A stretch of 64,000 nucleotides of DNA from Setoptus koraiensis (GCA_048013815.1 CM106586.1:22382001-22446000); one strand, 5' to 3'. Numbered from the stretch's first letter, positions 10,486 through 27,997 are shown. The notes: generated by a model not told the origin, from the sequence alone. Made by a program: numbers and translations.

Positions 10486-13400
10486 CGCATACCCCTCAAA
10501 AGTTTCATCTGACGGAGTTTTCTCATCACAAGTTTGTGTCACGCCTAATAATCACTTTGAGTAAATACATGTAGTTTATTTTTTTTTTTTTATATACTAC
10601 AGTATGCGATGCGAGTTTAGAAAAATTTATCGAGAGAGTGAGAGAGAGAGAGAGAGAGAAAGAATGTATTGTTGCGTAATCAGCTCCAACAACAACTTCA
10701 ATGTGCTCGCACTCGAGCTTACCTGGCTTAGGAATGCCGACTTGTTAGAGTATAAGTGGTTTTGATTAACAACAAGAGGCTACAACTTTCAATGAAAGAG
10801 TGTATATAGCTAACAATCGTACATTCTGGATTGTTGTTGTGTGGCCATGTCATATCTAGATATACATACACTATGTAGGTATTATTATTAATAATATCTA
10901 TACTCATTACTCTACGGCGTGTATGACCATATAAGACCATAAGGGGTGTGCACAATGGGACCGCTAGTCACTGTAATCGAGCTAGAAATGAAATTCATGC
11001 GCCACTTCTCAGCCGTATCAACCGAATTGTGCTGTTGAACAACTTTGTCGTCTCACATTGCCATCGACTCGCTCTTTTTCCGGCAAAGTGTCTAAGAGGA
11101 CCCCGCCTCGGCACTTGATAGCTGAGCTACTCGTTTTCTCTCTTTTGCCTTTGAAACTTATGCCTCAACAACAGTGGTTAGTTTTGTGTAAGTTTCTGCA
11201 TTGTTTCTGCAATGGCCGCCATTGATCGTTATCACAGTGGTGTAGCTTTGAGTATGACACCAGACCGGCCCCCTCAAACGGAGGCGATTGAGGCCTCAGC
11301 AGATCGCCGCTAGCGACCACTGTTACGCAACACACCAGCACACTGCGCATAACTAATGTTTAACATAGTTAACAGAGCCAACATGGTCATCATGCTGTAA
11401 TAATGAATTATCGCGAAAGTTTTATTTGTTAGATAGTTTGTACACTAGGTTGACTAACAAAACAATTGTAAGTATAGAAAACTCGCCCACCTACCACTGA
11501 TCACGCCACCAACAATCGAGAGGCGGTTGATAGGCGAAACAGGCACAGATCGTGCCCATGCACGAACCGTCCCGATACAGTGCAAGTAATTGATCGCGCA
11601 CATACGCCCCACAAAACATACTTGGCGCGAGCAGCACACGCAAATCTCGTGAACCTTCTGTGAATTTCTACGGCACAGTGAGTGAATTGCCGAGACACCC
11701 TATGTATCCGAGGCTAACAAGCTTGTAAATATCCGCGGTTGCATGCCGTATTTAGTTTGTATAAAACGAAGGCATAACAAATTCGTGAATGAATAAGCCA
11801 GCGGACCAGACAACTGCAGCATCACGGTGAGTTATCAGTGAGTGTGCTAACAGCAACAGCAACAACAACAACAATTATGCCACTAGCATTACCATTATCA
11901 GTCCCCTGCTAAACTCGTCAGGCCGTATTATACACAAGCACACCTTGGCAAAAAATATACACATTTACATTTATAGAGACACAGCCACACCCAGCTGAAG
12001 CAAGACCGACCGGGGTGCATGTGTATACAATTGTCGTTGTCCGTTTGTGTGGTTCGTGGCACGCAGCGAAAACGGCATCACAGCCATGGCTGTTCCTCGC
12101 CCATTAGACCAATGGCATTGGTGACTGCCTGCCCCCACTGCTTTATGTACAGCCTGTACCCCTGTATAGGGTGGTCCGCGAGAGACCAGCGCGGTGACGT
12201 CTATTAGGCGCACAGTGTGCATTGAACACGCCGACGCATGCTCTATGTTGGCCAATGTGTGCTGATTCGTTCGCGATCACGCAGCACACTTTTATGGACA
12301 CTGTGTACTTTTCGTTGAGCTTTCATTTCCATCGCGACGCTCGCATATGGTAAAAGGTGCACCAGACAAGCCGGGCTAGCGTCATCACCAGAAACATTCT
12401 AGCTTGTTTGTGTTCACCTTTGCGCAATACTGGCCAAGCTGTCCAAACAATCGTGTTAACAAACTACTGTACTCACGTTGCTAACCGACACACACACACA
12501 CACACACACACTGCCAAACGATCCGATCGTTACGATCTAATCGATTGTGCATGTGTAAATCGTTCGTTGAACCGTCTGTCAGTAGCAGCCGCCCTCTGGC
12601 CGTGTGTGTCTCATGTTTATTGAGTGCTGCTGCTAAAGGGTGTCTCCGGCAACAGTACCACCAGACAGAGAAATGTTCTACAGGCTGCCCTTTGCGTTAC
12701 ATTAGCCCCAGCACAGAATATCCCACAATGGCACAGTCGTTGGTTCTTTGTCGCGCGCAAACTCGTCGACTAGAGAGATTTCCGCCTACATACTCCATGG
12801 AGAAATCATATCGTAGACCCTGAACGAAAAGTCGCAACGTGATCCACAGGCATACTCTTGGTGGCTGATAGTTCGGGCTGACAACATTTGTGAGGCCTTG
12901 ACGGGTTTTCATGACTCACTAGAAATATGGCGCCCTTTTCGTTGGGGCTGCACAATTTTGCGCATTTCGCACAGTTTCTCTCAATTGTTCGATGCTGCCC
13001 TATACGCTGTACATTTCACAGCGCACAAACCTGGCGATTGTGCAGTGTAGAACATTCCAGTATCTAGTGGAACATTTGTCTGAGACACACCAGTCTAACG
13101 TGTGTGAGACTCAGCTTTCACTGTTGAGTGCTTTTGTGCCTTCGGTGTGTGCATGTGTGCACTGGTCAAAACAACTCGCCCCAATTCTCAACCGTGCGTG
13201 CGTGTGTGTGTGTGTGCGTTCAGTTGTGTTAGCACACACACACACACACAAACACTCAGGTCAGCAACAGCAGCAGTTGTACGCATAGAGAAAAGAGTAG
13301 CATCATTAGACATTAGCCACTGGCAATAGGTAGAAGCATCAATTTGCATTCGCCAATATCATCTCCTATACGTTTCTTGGCATATTATTATTATATTATT

Positions 13401-13518
13401 ATTGTATTATCTGTCTCTATATGTGTATTGTAACACCCAAATTTTATACTCTCGACCAACTATTAACTTTTTTAAATATAATATAACACTAACATATATA
13501 CATATATACATATAATAA

Positions 13519-14874
<1,356 letters not shown>

Positions 14875-15324
14875 TAACCTACACTTTTGCACGCTTAACA
14901 TGAATTGACTTTCGATCGTGACAATTTCTAGGACGTGAAAATGAAAAACTCTGATAGCCCCAACAACTTCTATCACAGAAAGATGGGTCTGCACGTACAG
15001 CCCCGTAAAGCTTACACTCTTACTTACAATGACTAATATGACAAATAATTCATTATCCGAACTTGAACAATTTGAAAATATTTATGTTTACGTTCTAACT
15101 GACACTTCTCAACGTGTCTTGCTAACAAATATAATTTGTCTCGAGTTCACTTTGACAATGCACCAACAAAGAGAAACACATTACATGGGCAATGAATAAG
15201 ACCCTACATTTGTTTGAAATTTTTTAATTCTTGAACGTTTCTGTTGTCGTTATAACAGTGCTTCTTTTCCACTTATGTAAGCAGCCTTCCCATGAGCGGC
15301 AAATGGTAGCTGCTTAGTAGCCTC

Positions 15325-15339
15325 GTTGTCCATGGCAAC
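15325..15339. promoter_or_regulatory. X-box (RFX-binding site) in the TTC8/BBS8 promoter
   Basis: GTTGTCCATGGCAAC has one perfect GGCAAC half-site and ends 88 bp upstream of the ATG of a ciliary gene, the typical position for RFX targets. Confidence 0.7.
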
Positions 15340-15426
15340 CGTTTCAAATTTTTCATCGTCGGTGACTGCATGAATGAATTACACTCGAGAGTGGCCCCAT
15401 CTCTCTAGGCGTTTTTTACGGCACTC

Positions 15427-17337
15427 ATGATGGACAGTGAACCCGAAAGTGTTACAATTTCTATAAAATGTGATCTCATAAGATCAGCAAGATTGTGGAG
15501 GTGTCACGACACTGCGAGAGCTCTGTCTATAATAGATGGAACTTCGAATCGATTGCGCCTCATCATTTCCAAGCTCAAAGAGGGGACACAACTACATGCA
15601 GCTTATCAGTTGCCTAAACAATCTCAGAGAAAATCTCAGGACAGTCTATCACTAGGGCTACAATTGTTGAGTCAACTATGGTTCATCCGGATGAAATGCC
15701 TGACTGATTATAACTACATTGATGAGAGTTTTATATTGAACGAAGATGAGTTTGAGAGTGATACAGAACATATCATGAGTGTCGCCTCTGTGAGTAGGCG
15801 TACAATGGGTCTTGGCACCACGGATGCCAAAGGGATGTCAACATCTCGCCAAACTGCGACTAATCAGGTTTCTCAAGGTAGAAGCACAACAACAAACACT
15901 GGAATGTTGACAGGCAAGAGAGCCTCACATAATTCACGTCAATCTAGCTCGTATCGGCCACTAACAACGGGACTTACGGCGACTCAAACAGCATTCAGTA
16001 GGTCCACGGAGTCATTGATCAAGTACGCTTGTCAAGGTATAATGGCCAAACCTATATTTGATTATTTGTATAGCGTTCAAAAATCCTCAAATAAGTATCC
16101 GGATTTTAGACAATGCTTAGATTACATAACATCCACAGCGACTGCGATAGCTCCAACTAACTCTTTTTCAATGAATGAAGAAGTTCCTGCCTTCGGTAGA
16201 TCCAACATCTCTTCGACAGTTGATGTAAAACAGATGACACCGTTTTGGTTAATGGCCAGTGGTAAATGTTACTACAATCTCAATATGGCTCGTGTGGCTG
16301 AAAGTTACTTCGACATAGCTATCAATACAAACCCGTGGCTCATAGATGCCTACTTGTGGGAGATAAAAGTTTTTCTAAAACTTGGACAGCCTTTAAAGGT
16401 TATTCGTTTGTGCGAAGAAGGATTGAAGTATCATCAAAGCTCGTCGTCAATTCTCATGATATGGCTTGCAAGAACATATTCGTTTATGAACAAACTTTAT
16501 CTCGCCAACGTTACTACTTGGAGCATCCTCAAAAGTAATCCCGTCGATCTAGAGGCTTTAGCGAATGCTGGATACTTTGCTTTTTACAATGATCAAATTG
16601 AGGTTGCCATGAATTGTTTCGAACGAATTCATCAATTATCCATTGTGCATAGTACCTGTTACGAAGAATCCTCGGATAGCAATGTAAACAAAGATGATCA
16701 ATTGATGAGCGGCCATCGACTAAGTGTAATGTCCCCACAACTATTGAACAATCTGGCTCTTTGTTATTTTTATTCAGGATACTTGAATAGATCGATACCA
16801 TTATTTTTGCAGGCTTTTACACACAGTGATAGCAGCGAGACCACGAGTGATATTTGGTACAATGTAAGCTTTGTTTGTTTGCATTCTGGGTTTGAGAAAC
16901 TTGCCACCATTTGTTTGCAACTTTCACTCAAATGTAATCCACAAAATGCACAAGCAAACAATAATTTGGGCGTCCTCAAGTATCGAGATTTTGTTGATTC
17001 CAACATACATTTCAAGTCCGTGATCGAGACTCATGAAAAAAATTATAGATCACCGTCAGATAAAAACGGGAGCCCAATTGATAGCAGCAATCCTAAATCA
17101 ATTAATATCTCGCTCGATAAGGCCGAATCTCATTTCTCACCTGTTTGTGCAGACGATTTCATATTTTATTTGACGCACCCGGAATCCTTGTTTAATCTGG
17201 CTGTAGTGAAAGAGAAAGGAGGCAAATTGTTGGAGGCCAGTAAACTATTGAAGTTGTATCTTCAACAGAATCCTGACAATGAAATAGCAACAAAAATGTT
17301 GAGCAACATCCAATCCATGGTTATGTTTGATGAATAG
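15427..17337 (+). CDS. TTC8: Tetratricopeptide repeat protein 8 (BBSome subunit BBS8), 636 aa, intronless
   Basis: GKCYYNLNM, QLLNNLALCYFYSG, SDIWYNVSFV, AQANNNLGVL and ESLFNLAVV align in order with the TTC8 TPR array. Confidence 0.88.
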   Translation: MMDSEPESVTISIKCDLIRSARLWRCHDTARALSIIDGTSNRLRLIISKLKEGTQLHAAYQLPKQSQRKSQDSLSLGLQLLSQLWFIRMKCLTDYNYIDESFILNEDEFESDTEHIMSVASVSRRTMGLGTTDAKGMSTSRQTATNQVSQGRSTTTNTGMLTGKRASHNSRQSSSYRPLTTGLTATQTAFSRSTESLIKYACQGIMAKPIFDYLYSVQKSSNKYPDFRQCLDYITSTATAIAPTNSFSMNEEVPAFGRSNISSTVDVKQMTPFWLMASGKCYYNLNMARVAESYFDIAINTNPWLIDAYLWEIKVFLKLGQPLKVIRLCEEGLKYHQSSSSILMIWLARTYSFMNKLYLANVTTWSILKSNPVDLEALANAGYFAFYNDQIEVAMNCFERIHQLSIVHSTCYEESSDSNVNKDDQLMSGHRLSVMSPQLLNNLALCYFYSGYLNRSIPLFLQAFTHSDSSETTSDIWYNVSFVCLHSGFEKLATICLQLSLKCNPQNAQANNNLGVLKYRDFVDSNIHFKSVIETHEKNYRSPSDKNGSPIDSSNPKSINISLDKAESHFSPVCADDFIFYLTHPESLFNLAVVKEKGGKLLEASKLLKLYLQQNPDNEIATKMLSNIQSMVMFDE

Positions 17338-17701
17338 CTGTCGTTGATGTCACTAAAAAAATTAAAATCTTCATCTCGCCTCTAAATTGCCTGCAGTAAG
17401 TTTTAAAAGATTAAGCCTGAACACTCTACATTGGTTGCTCATGACTTGCTAACACCCCAGCTTCCGTTATTTATTGCTCTTCTAGTTTATCTGGGACAGA
17501 AGTTTGAAAGGGGTTGTAAAATGCAATGCTTGGAGATTGTTTATTGCACAAATCGCCGTAGTCACATACCCCATACATATGTCTTGACACATTCATGGTA
17601 ATCAGAAAGTTTAATCAACATTGAAACTGTGCCAATCAAACAGGTATGAAAATCAATGATATAGAAATTTTGTTCGTATTATCCATGCCAATTTTGAATA
17701 A

Positions 17702-20700
17702 TCATAATTTGCTTGTAATCCTTGGTGCTTGTGTCGTTGTTTGGCCGTGGCTTGTGGTTTTATTTATTTTTGTTAGGCGATTGTCAAATGCTAATTGGAT
17801 CACCTCATCCAAATTGCTTACGAAACTAAATTTGATACTATTCCTAATCTCTAAAGGCAATTCGTCCAGATCAGATTCATTCTTCTTAGGTAATAGAATC
17901 TTCTTGATGCCAGCTCGATGTGCGGCTAAAACTTTGGATTTGACTCCTCCGACTTTTAGAACAAGACCTCGTAACGTTATTTCGCCTGTCATCGCTAGGT
18001 CGGGTGATACGCTAATGTTGGAGAACAAAGACATCAGCGCCACAACGATTGCAACACCCGCTGAGGGCCCGTCTTTTCCAACGGCGCCCGCAGGAAAATG
18101 TATATGAACTGTATTGTTAACTAGATCTTTACCCAAAGTATTTGGCAATTGTTGAGGATAATTTTGGAAGTTGGCCCTGATCCAATTTAGTGCTAGTTTA
18201 GCACTTTCGCGCATAACTGAACCCAACTGCCCAGTGAGCACTAGGCTTTCTTTTGAGGAGCCTTCCATTATCTCGGTTTCAACATACATTATCTCACCAC
18301 CAGCTGATGTCCATGCCATACCGACAGCCACGCCAGGAACTCCTTTACGTGCGCTGCTCTCGTTGTCGTAGACAGGAGGCCCAATGAGTTCTATCAAAGT
18401 TTTAGAATCAACTACAACAGGCAGACCTGTCAAGCTAGCTATCAATTGATTGCGACTAGCAACATTATCACGCTGTTGGAGAGCATCTTTGTTGCTCGGT
18501 GTTGGTTGGACCACAGTCAATTCATTTGCTGAGTTATCAGTTGTTGAAGCTGACATTCCTTGGATTGAATTCATTTGTTGATCTAGCTGCCTAAATTGTT
18601 GAGCAAGGGCGAGATCAGTGGTACTAGCCATCATTTCTAAAACTTTTACTGCCACAACACGACAGACTGAGGCTATTTTGCGCTCAAGATTGCGAACTCC
18701 AGCCTCGCGCGCATATTGGCTGATCAAGGTGTGAATGGCGTCCTCGCGAAACTGAATCATAGCCTCTGTGAGACCATTTTCTCCGACTTGTTTAGGTATT
18801 AAATGTTTTATAGCAATCTGATACTTTTCGTCATGTGTATATCCTGGCACTTGAATTATTTCCATTCTATCAAGAAGAGCGGGCGAGATGTCAGCTAGTG
18901 AATTCGCTGTAGCAATAAACATCACATTGGATAAATTAAAAGGTACGTTGAGATAATGGTCAATAAATGAATGATTTTGTTCTGGATCCAACACCTCCAG
19001 GAGGGCTGCAGCAGGATCCCCATGAACACCTCTGTTCATTTTGTCCACTTCGTCAAGTAAAAAAACGGGGTTGTTGCTTCCGGCTCTATTGAGACCTTGA
19101 ATTATGCGACCCGGCATCGACCCGATATAAGTGCGTCGATGGCCTCGTATGCTTGATTGATCTGATACACCTCCGAGAGATATTCTTTGGAATTTTCTAC
19201 CCAATGATTTGGAAATTGACCGAGCTATAGATGTTTTTCCTGTACCTGGTGGTCCAACAAAAAACAGTATAGGTTGCGTTGAAGTTGAACTGTTTTTGAG
19301 TTTTCGCACTGCTAAATATTGTAATACACGCTCTTTGAGTTTTTCCAAACCATAATGATCATTGTCTAGATCTTTGCGTGACTTTGCTAAATCAATGTGC
19401 TCACGTGTCGATCTGTTCCATGGCAAGTCGGAAATCAACTCTAAATAACTTCGCATCATAGCGTATTCAGGCATATGACTGGGCATACGGCGCAACTTCA
19501 ACAATTCCTGGTTAGTTATTTTACTGACATTTTCAGGTAAATTCGCCAATTTCAAACGTTTCTCCAAAGTGACGTTTTCGTCTATATCAGCATTGTCTAA
19601 AAAGGGATCGGAATCGGGATCGTTCAATCTGTTATTATTGATCGACCGATTGTGAAAATCCGACTGTGATCTATTTACATCTTTCCATAGGCTATCGTCG
19701 GCGTCCTCCTCTAAATCGTCCTCGGAGCTGCCTCTTATACTCTTCCTATGATTTTTGAGCACTTTGAGATTCTCGATTTGTCTCGCTAGTAACGTCATCG
19801 TTTTCTTTATTCTATCCTTGATATTATCTGCGTCTAGAACTGCTAGCCGCTCAGCATGGCTAGCCTGCACTATTGATGCGCAAATATCGCTAAGGTTCTC
19901 TGCTGGAATAGATTGAATGAGTATACGGATATCATTTAGGGTAGCGGACTCCGGACAGATTATTTCCATCAGTTGCCATGCAAGCTCTTTCAAGTCAGTT
20001 AGATGTTCATCGATCTCTTTTTCGGGGCCCTCTTTGCCCATATTCGTCAGACCAAATAGAGTTAACTTTTGACTTTTCTTCGATGCCTGATCACGAGTAG
20101 GACCGAAACGTAAATTCATGGTGTAAACCTCTGCCATTAGGTACGGATGTTCCTGGGTGATTCGCCCTAATTTAATGCGACATACACCGGTGACTGTGAT
20201 GGTGTAGTATGGGGCGCCACTCTGGGTCTCGTTGGGTGAATGTAACTGGACTACAATGCCGGCGGTTCCAATAGGGTGTATGCCATTTGTGTCATGAGTA
20301 GTTTTGATCACATTATCAGACTTGGAAGAAGATTCTGGTACGGTTGTTAGTTGCGTTTTATTGTTGTTGGTATTCGTTAGAACCGAGGGATCTTCGCGAG
20401 GGAAAATACCAATCAACATGTCGTTGTTGGCTGGATTCAAGTGCCTATAGTGGTGTTTGACAATACTGATACTAATTAACAAGGGGGAAAACAGTCGAGA
20501 GACAAGTTAGTTGACATTTTAAAACGAGCAAAGTTTGTCTAGAGGATATATAGAGCATATCAGCGGACCTGAATGAATACTACAAAGCGACTAAGTGCGT
20601 TGAATCGGAGATCGAAACTTACTTTCTGGCTGAGGTAAGAGGTATCTTGATGGTTGCGCCTGGAAAGAGAACCCCGTCCAGCACGAGAATTGGCATATTG

Positions 20701-20759
20701 CTGGGTATGCTCATGTTGAATGGCGGCGGCGGCATTGATTTTGGTGGCTGAATAGTCAT
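17702..20759 (-). CDS. LONP2: Peroxisomal Lon protease, 968 aa; exons 20759-20623 and 20471-17702
   Basis: LON N-domain, Walker A GPPGTGKT, LLDEVDK, KDGPSAG catalytic Ser, and C-terminal SKL (PTS1). A 151-bp phase-2 intron restores SARN-ISIV, as in LONP2. Confidence 0.96.
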
Positions 20760-23725
20760 GTCGACCACAGTTTTTGACGAAGATTGGTCAGAAATTGTTG
20801 TTCAAAATATCCTCTTGATAAAATTATCTGGAGAAAGAGTATTGTTGACCACGAAATAATAAGTTCGAGCTGAGGTTGAGATATCTGGGAGCCGTTCTTA
20901 TCGGATTTAACAGTTCTACTAGTGAACTAAAACAAAAAGGCAATTCCTGTATTCCTATATTTGAGCTTTTACACTCTTACCAAGTCGTGAGAGCGATGTC
21001 ATGAACCAGATGTTTATTAGTTAGTTGAACCTTAATTGGAATTGTCCTGAGAAACCACCTGTTATAGTATGGTAGCTGTGTGATTGTTGTGACTAATTTG
21101 TCCTCAGAATAATGAAGATATTGCACAATATCGTCAAGATTTATTAGGACAACAGACTAACTGTCTGCTAATTAGGTAATAGGCATCCGTTGTAGGCAAT
21201 TACATTTATATAATAGGCGAATGCGCCGCGGTTGTAGAATTCTGGATTTTTCGAACAGCTGAAGTTGTTTTTTTTTTCATTCATTTACTAGTCTCGCAAA
21301 TAATGAACGCAGGTATATCAGTTGTATATCGGCCGGTTATGAATATTGATACCTGGTCCAAGAAGGCTATGGTGTATTTTACAGCATCTAGCATAGATTA
21401 CTACTATCACAGGGACTAACAATATTGTTATAAAATAAACACACAAACACTAAAATATATTTTTATATATATTTGTCAAATTTTTCTTGTTAGGAAAAGT
21501 TGAAGAAAAACACAGTTGATCGGTTTGGTTGGTTCGGGTCATTCCATCAATCTACGTGTATATCTAAACATAGATTGTAATAACTGGCTGTTGCGTCGTT
21601 GTTGTGCTCTGGTGATAAACTTGCTTTAAAAGAACTTGTTAAAAATCAACCTGTGTCTCCATTCTAGTATGGCTTGGTAATTGCCTATGCTTCTCTCTCT
21701 CTCTCTTTCTCTCTCACTCACACTGAATGCCATTGAAGTTGATAATTATAGCTTGGATATTTTCAGCAGAAATCACTTGTTGGACGAATAACAAAAGCAA
21801 GAGTTGGACTCGTTGTTAGAGTAGGTCTGCAAGATAACCACAATCACTTACTAACGCTCGTCAGTTACCAAGAATTCGCTCTTAATGGCCACTCGCTAGA
21901 TTAGACAGAGCATTACATGAAAACAACAATGTAATCATGGCCATCCGGCCGAACGTTTGTGTCGTCGTTATTATCAATTCAGCTACCTCTACGCTTCGGC
22001 AAGACAAAGTTGAACTTGTTATGAGCTACGGTCAATATTCTCTGTGTTTTCGCCTCTGTCGTCGTTGTTGTTTGTTTTCTACATTAAACATTTCTATCGG
22101 ATCTATCTATCATGGATTTAAAATAGTAAGCAAGTAAGCTGAGAATATGCGCTGTAGATGACGATATTGGCAAACAGAAACATCATGTATTCTTGTGCTC
22201 CGAGAAGCAGTAACTTCACTGCATTCCCTGTCGCCATCTCACTCTTTTCGACACTCTTGTAAGTCTTTGAAGCTTCTCATTGAAGTTCAAGCTATTTTTG
22301 ATGGTATATTACGACACAAACTTTAGCTATTGAAATCAACTTTACTTGGAGAGTACGCTAACTAAGTTTGTGATTACCGGCGAGATTGTGGAAGGAGAAT
22401 GTATGTTTTTGTCAGAAGATCAAGGAAGTAACTGAATGTAAATACTGATGAGAGTACCTGACTTTATCTAGAGGCACTAGATTCACACAAGATCACCATC
22501 CTTTTGCGGCTACATACACGGAAGATCACGGCATCATGATTATGTTATCTGATGAGACCTGTTTTGCATGCTTGGAGTTGTTATTGCTGCAAGTATCTAT
22601 TTAATGGATACTATTCGTCAGTTTCAAACCTGATTTATCTGAACGAATCCTAAGCTTTTTGTTCGCTAGTTTAGTCCGTTAATTATGATGATGTTGCTTC
22701 CACAATACTTGAAACTGCACTTGGGCCACGTCCTAAGATGAATGTCAGATTTTATTGCAGTTTTGTAGCAGTATCCCAATAGAAGAAACATACGGTGTAA
22801 TGAGGTAGCTAAATTCAGGAACTTACTAGTTTTTTGTAGTAAAAACACAACCTGCAGAAACACATCATTTTAGATTTAGATGATGGAAAAAGGTGAACGC
22901 AACTTTTCACTGACAACCAAGAAGCAGTTCAGGATGAATAGCTTTTGTTCATATTATAATTTGGTTTTCTAAAGATAGCTATAGATTACTCTGAATTACT
23001 CTCTAGAAACGTCCACTCGCACCACAAGTCTCATGGATCAAACACTGGAGGGTGTATCCTCACCCTTCAATTGTTGTCAAACAGTTGCCTATAAACCACG
23101 AAGAGTATATTACTAGTTGATTAAAACTAAAGTAATCAGAAAGTAGACACTACGTAACCTGCCCGTGGATTTTATCGTCTAATTAGCGATTGTCCAACAA
23201 CTTGTTGATTGTCTATCTGGACAATAGATCGACCTGACCGGTTAGTTGATATTGGCTCATCAGAGTAGATTTCGCACTTACTTTTCTTCATAGAAATACC
23301 AATTAGTTGACCAACCATTAATGCCATGCACCACACACCAGTGTTTGGTTTTGTGACAGACATGTCTGCTAAACATGTTTATCTATCGTGTCCTAAATGA
23401 ACCGCCGATACTAACGAGTCATGACAGAGTTCTATCTCAATGGATAATAGCAGAGCTGCGAATGTCCTTCAAGGTCGCACAAAAAGTGACCATTGATCAC
23501 GTCCGTAGCATCTGCAGCAAATGCACATCTATTCCAATAGGTGTGTAACAGGTGAGAGAAGTTTGTGTGGATCATATGATTCTTATTGTGCTAACTTGAA
23601 TCTGTAAAAATACAGTTTTGCAGGATTGCTAGTGCAAAGTGCCATCAAAGATCAAACATCATCATATCACAATCGAACGACTTTCTATATATGAGTTGCG
23701 TATTTCTTTTATTTAGGTGTTGATC

Positions 23726-24538
23726 ATGACATCATCTAGTGGTAGTGATTCTAAAATTGACATTCAAACAACAAATAAGTTATTGTATGCATTCAAAAAA
23801 TTTGCCTCCAGAGCCAACCCAGTACAGCAAGCTGAAAGTTTCCTGGACAACATTATAAATGGTAATAATAATTGTAGCAATGAACAATTATCGTTTAATC
23901 TCAAGATAGGTCAATTTGAAAAAAAGATTACCGCAGATCCGTCAGATTTATCTCTAGGAGACATCAGATCATTGGCAAGTGATTTCATCAAAGAGCTCTA
24001 TCCGGGGCGTAATTTTCCAAACATTGAGAGTAAACTCTTTTTTAGCATAGATAAACCAAATGATAGATGTTTGAAACAATTTAATGCCATCAGTGATATA
24101 ACACAAGACTCGTATCTTATAATTGACCTAAGCAAGTTAGGTCTGCCGGATGTCAATGACCCTTTCCATTCTAAACACGATCTCGATTGGAACACATATT
24201 CATCTCCGACAAACTGTGACTTATGCTCAAAATTATTAATAGGTTACGTAATATGTAGACAAGGAAAACAGTGCAAAAGATGCAAAAGAAATTATCATGA
24301 AGATTGCTCAACTAAATTATCAAACGATTGGTGCGTTCCTCCCCACTTACTTCAGATAGGAGATCAGACGAAAACCTCCTCGAGCGATAACACACCCAAT
24401 TTCATGGATATAGTCAAAAAAGGTATCGTGAACACCTCAAAATTTCTTGGCGGAATCTCGGATGAGTCAGACGAAGACTCTGAGGAAGTGGACACTCATA
24501 TAACAGGCCGTCTGACAAGCTTATCTAACAAGCCATAA
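23726..24538 (+). CDS. Kinase-less protein kinase D-like N-terminal module (ubiquitin-like dimerisation domain plus one C1 domain), 270 aa
   Basis: FNLKIG...LSLGDIRSLASDFI...LFFS...AISDITQDSYLIIDLS resembles the PKD ubiquitin-like domain. It is followed by H-x12-C-x2-C-x15-C-x2-C-x4-H-x2-C-x8-C. The stop at 24538 is 138 bp from the convergent PKN stop. Confidence 0.75.
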   Translation: MTSSSGSDSKIDIQTTNKLLYAFKKFASRANPVQQAESFLDNIINGNNNCSNEQLSFNLKIGQFEKKITADPSDLSLGDIRSLASDFIKELYPGRNFPNIESKLFFSIDKPNDRCLKQFNAISDITQDSYLIIDLSKLGLPDVNDPFHSKHDLDWNTYSSPTNCDLCSKLLIGYVICRQGKQCKRCKRNYHEDCSTKLSNDWCVPPHLLQIGDQTKTSSSDNTPNFMDIVKKGIVNTSKFLGGISDESDEDSEEVDTHITGRLTSLSNKP

Positions 24539-24676
24539 AAATTTCGGATCGACCAATGTCAAACAAATCACTATTTTTCTGTAGTGAATTGAAGTAAAAT
24601 TGAGAAACAATATTTGCAGTCTAGTAGATTTAAGATATATATCGAACATGTATAATTGCTCACAAATGTCTACTAT

Positions 24677-27276
<2,600 letters not shown>

Positions 27277-27327
27277 TTATCTATAGAAAAAAAATCAAAC
27301 AATAACCCCTCACTGATTGAAGTCAGG

Positions 27328-27335
27328 TGACGTCA
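27328..27335. promoter_or_regulatory. CRE palindrome next to a CCAAT/ATTGG motif in the PKN-pelota divergent promoter region
   Basis: TGACGTCA followed by CCCAATTGG. Short motif, could be chance. Confidence 0.3.
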
Positions 27336-27997
27336 TTCCCAATTGGTCCTTATGGGCCTCCTTTATCTGCGATGAGGTTTTCTTCACCGCGATCTTACTA
27401 CCGGTGACGGCAGGACAGATAACTGCAAAGTTATGCTCACTAGTACATAGAAAGCGGCATTATGCAGTTTGCTCACATTCCACTTGCGCAAGTGAGCTTT
27501 TGTGCGTGTGCACAGGCTCTCGCCAAGAAGTCAGATTACACCCAGTATAAACTCCGAGAGTCCATTGCAAAGATCCATCAACAACAACAACAACAATAAT
27601 AGCAGCTTATCATGTGCCTGTGCTCCATTTTAAAAGATACATGTGATCAAGGCAAAGCCCTTGGGTGTTCAATATTGAATGGTTCGTCTATATATACTGC
27701 TGTCAACGCTAATCCAACCTGTTTGCGTGTCTCCGGAAAGATGCTCGCGCATGAGCAATGCAGCCTATTCACACGGCGCGAATATCAAAAACAAAAAACA
27801 AAAAAAAATAAATGAAAACAGCTGACGTTCCGGGCCACAGATATTGTCCGGAAAGGCTACTTCCACGTATTCTCTATTTCCTCATACCAATTCGAAAAAA
27901 AAAATCGACATAATAAATCTATTACAAAAATGGTCCGATGTAGCAGGAGTACATCTTTCTATCTTTATCAACAGTGATTCAGAGAGAAAGATTAGGA

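Noticed and set aside
21983-22024. LPLRFGK (RFamide-like motif) right after a TTCAG acceptor
   Set aside because: No in-phase upstream exon with a signal peptide was found, and RFG-K/R motifs are expected by chance a few times in six frames of 64 kb. Revisit only if RNA-seq shows an exon here.
23281-23375. MFSRHVCHKTKHWCVVHGINGWSTNWYFYEE followed by a GTAAGT donor on the minus strand
   Set aside because: Candidate downstream exons end in stops within about 12 codons; no coherent gene model.
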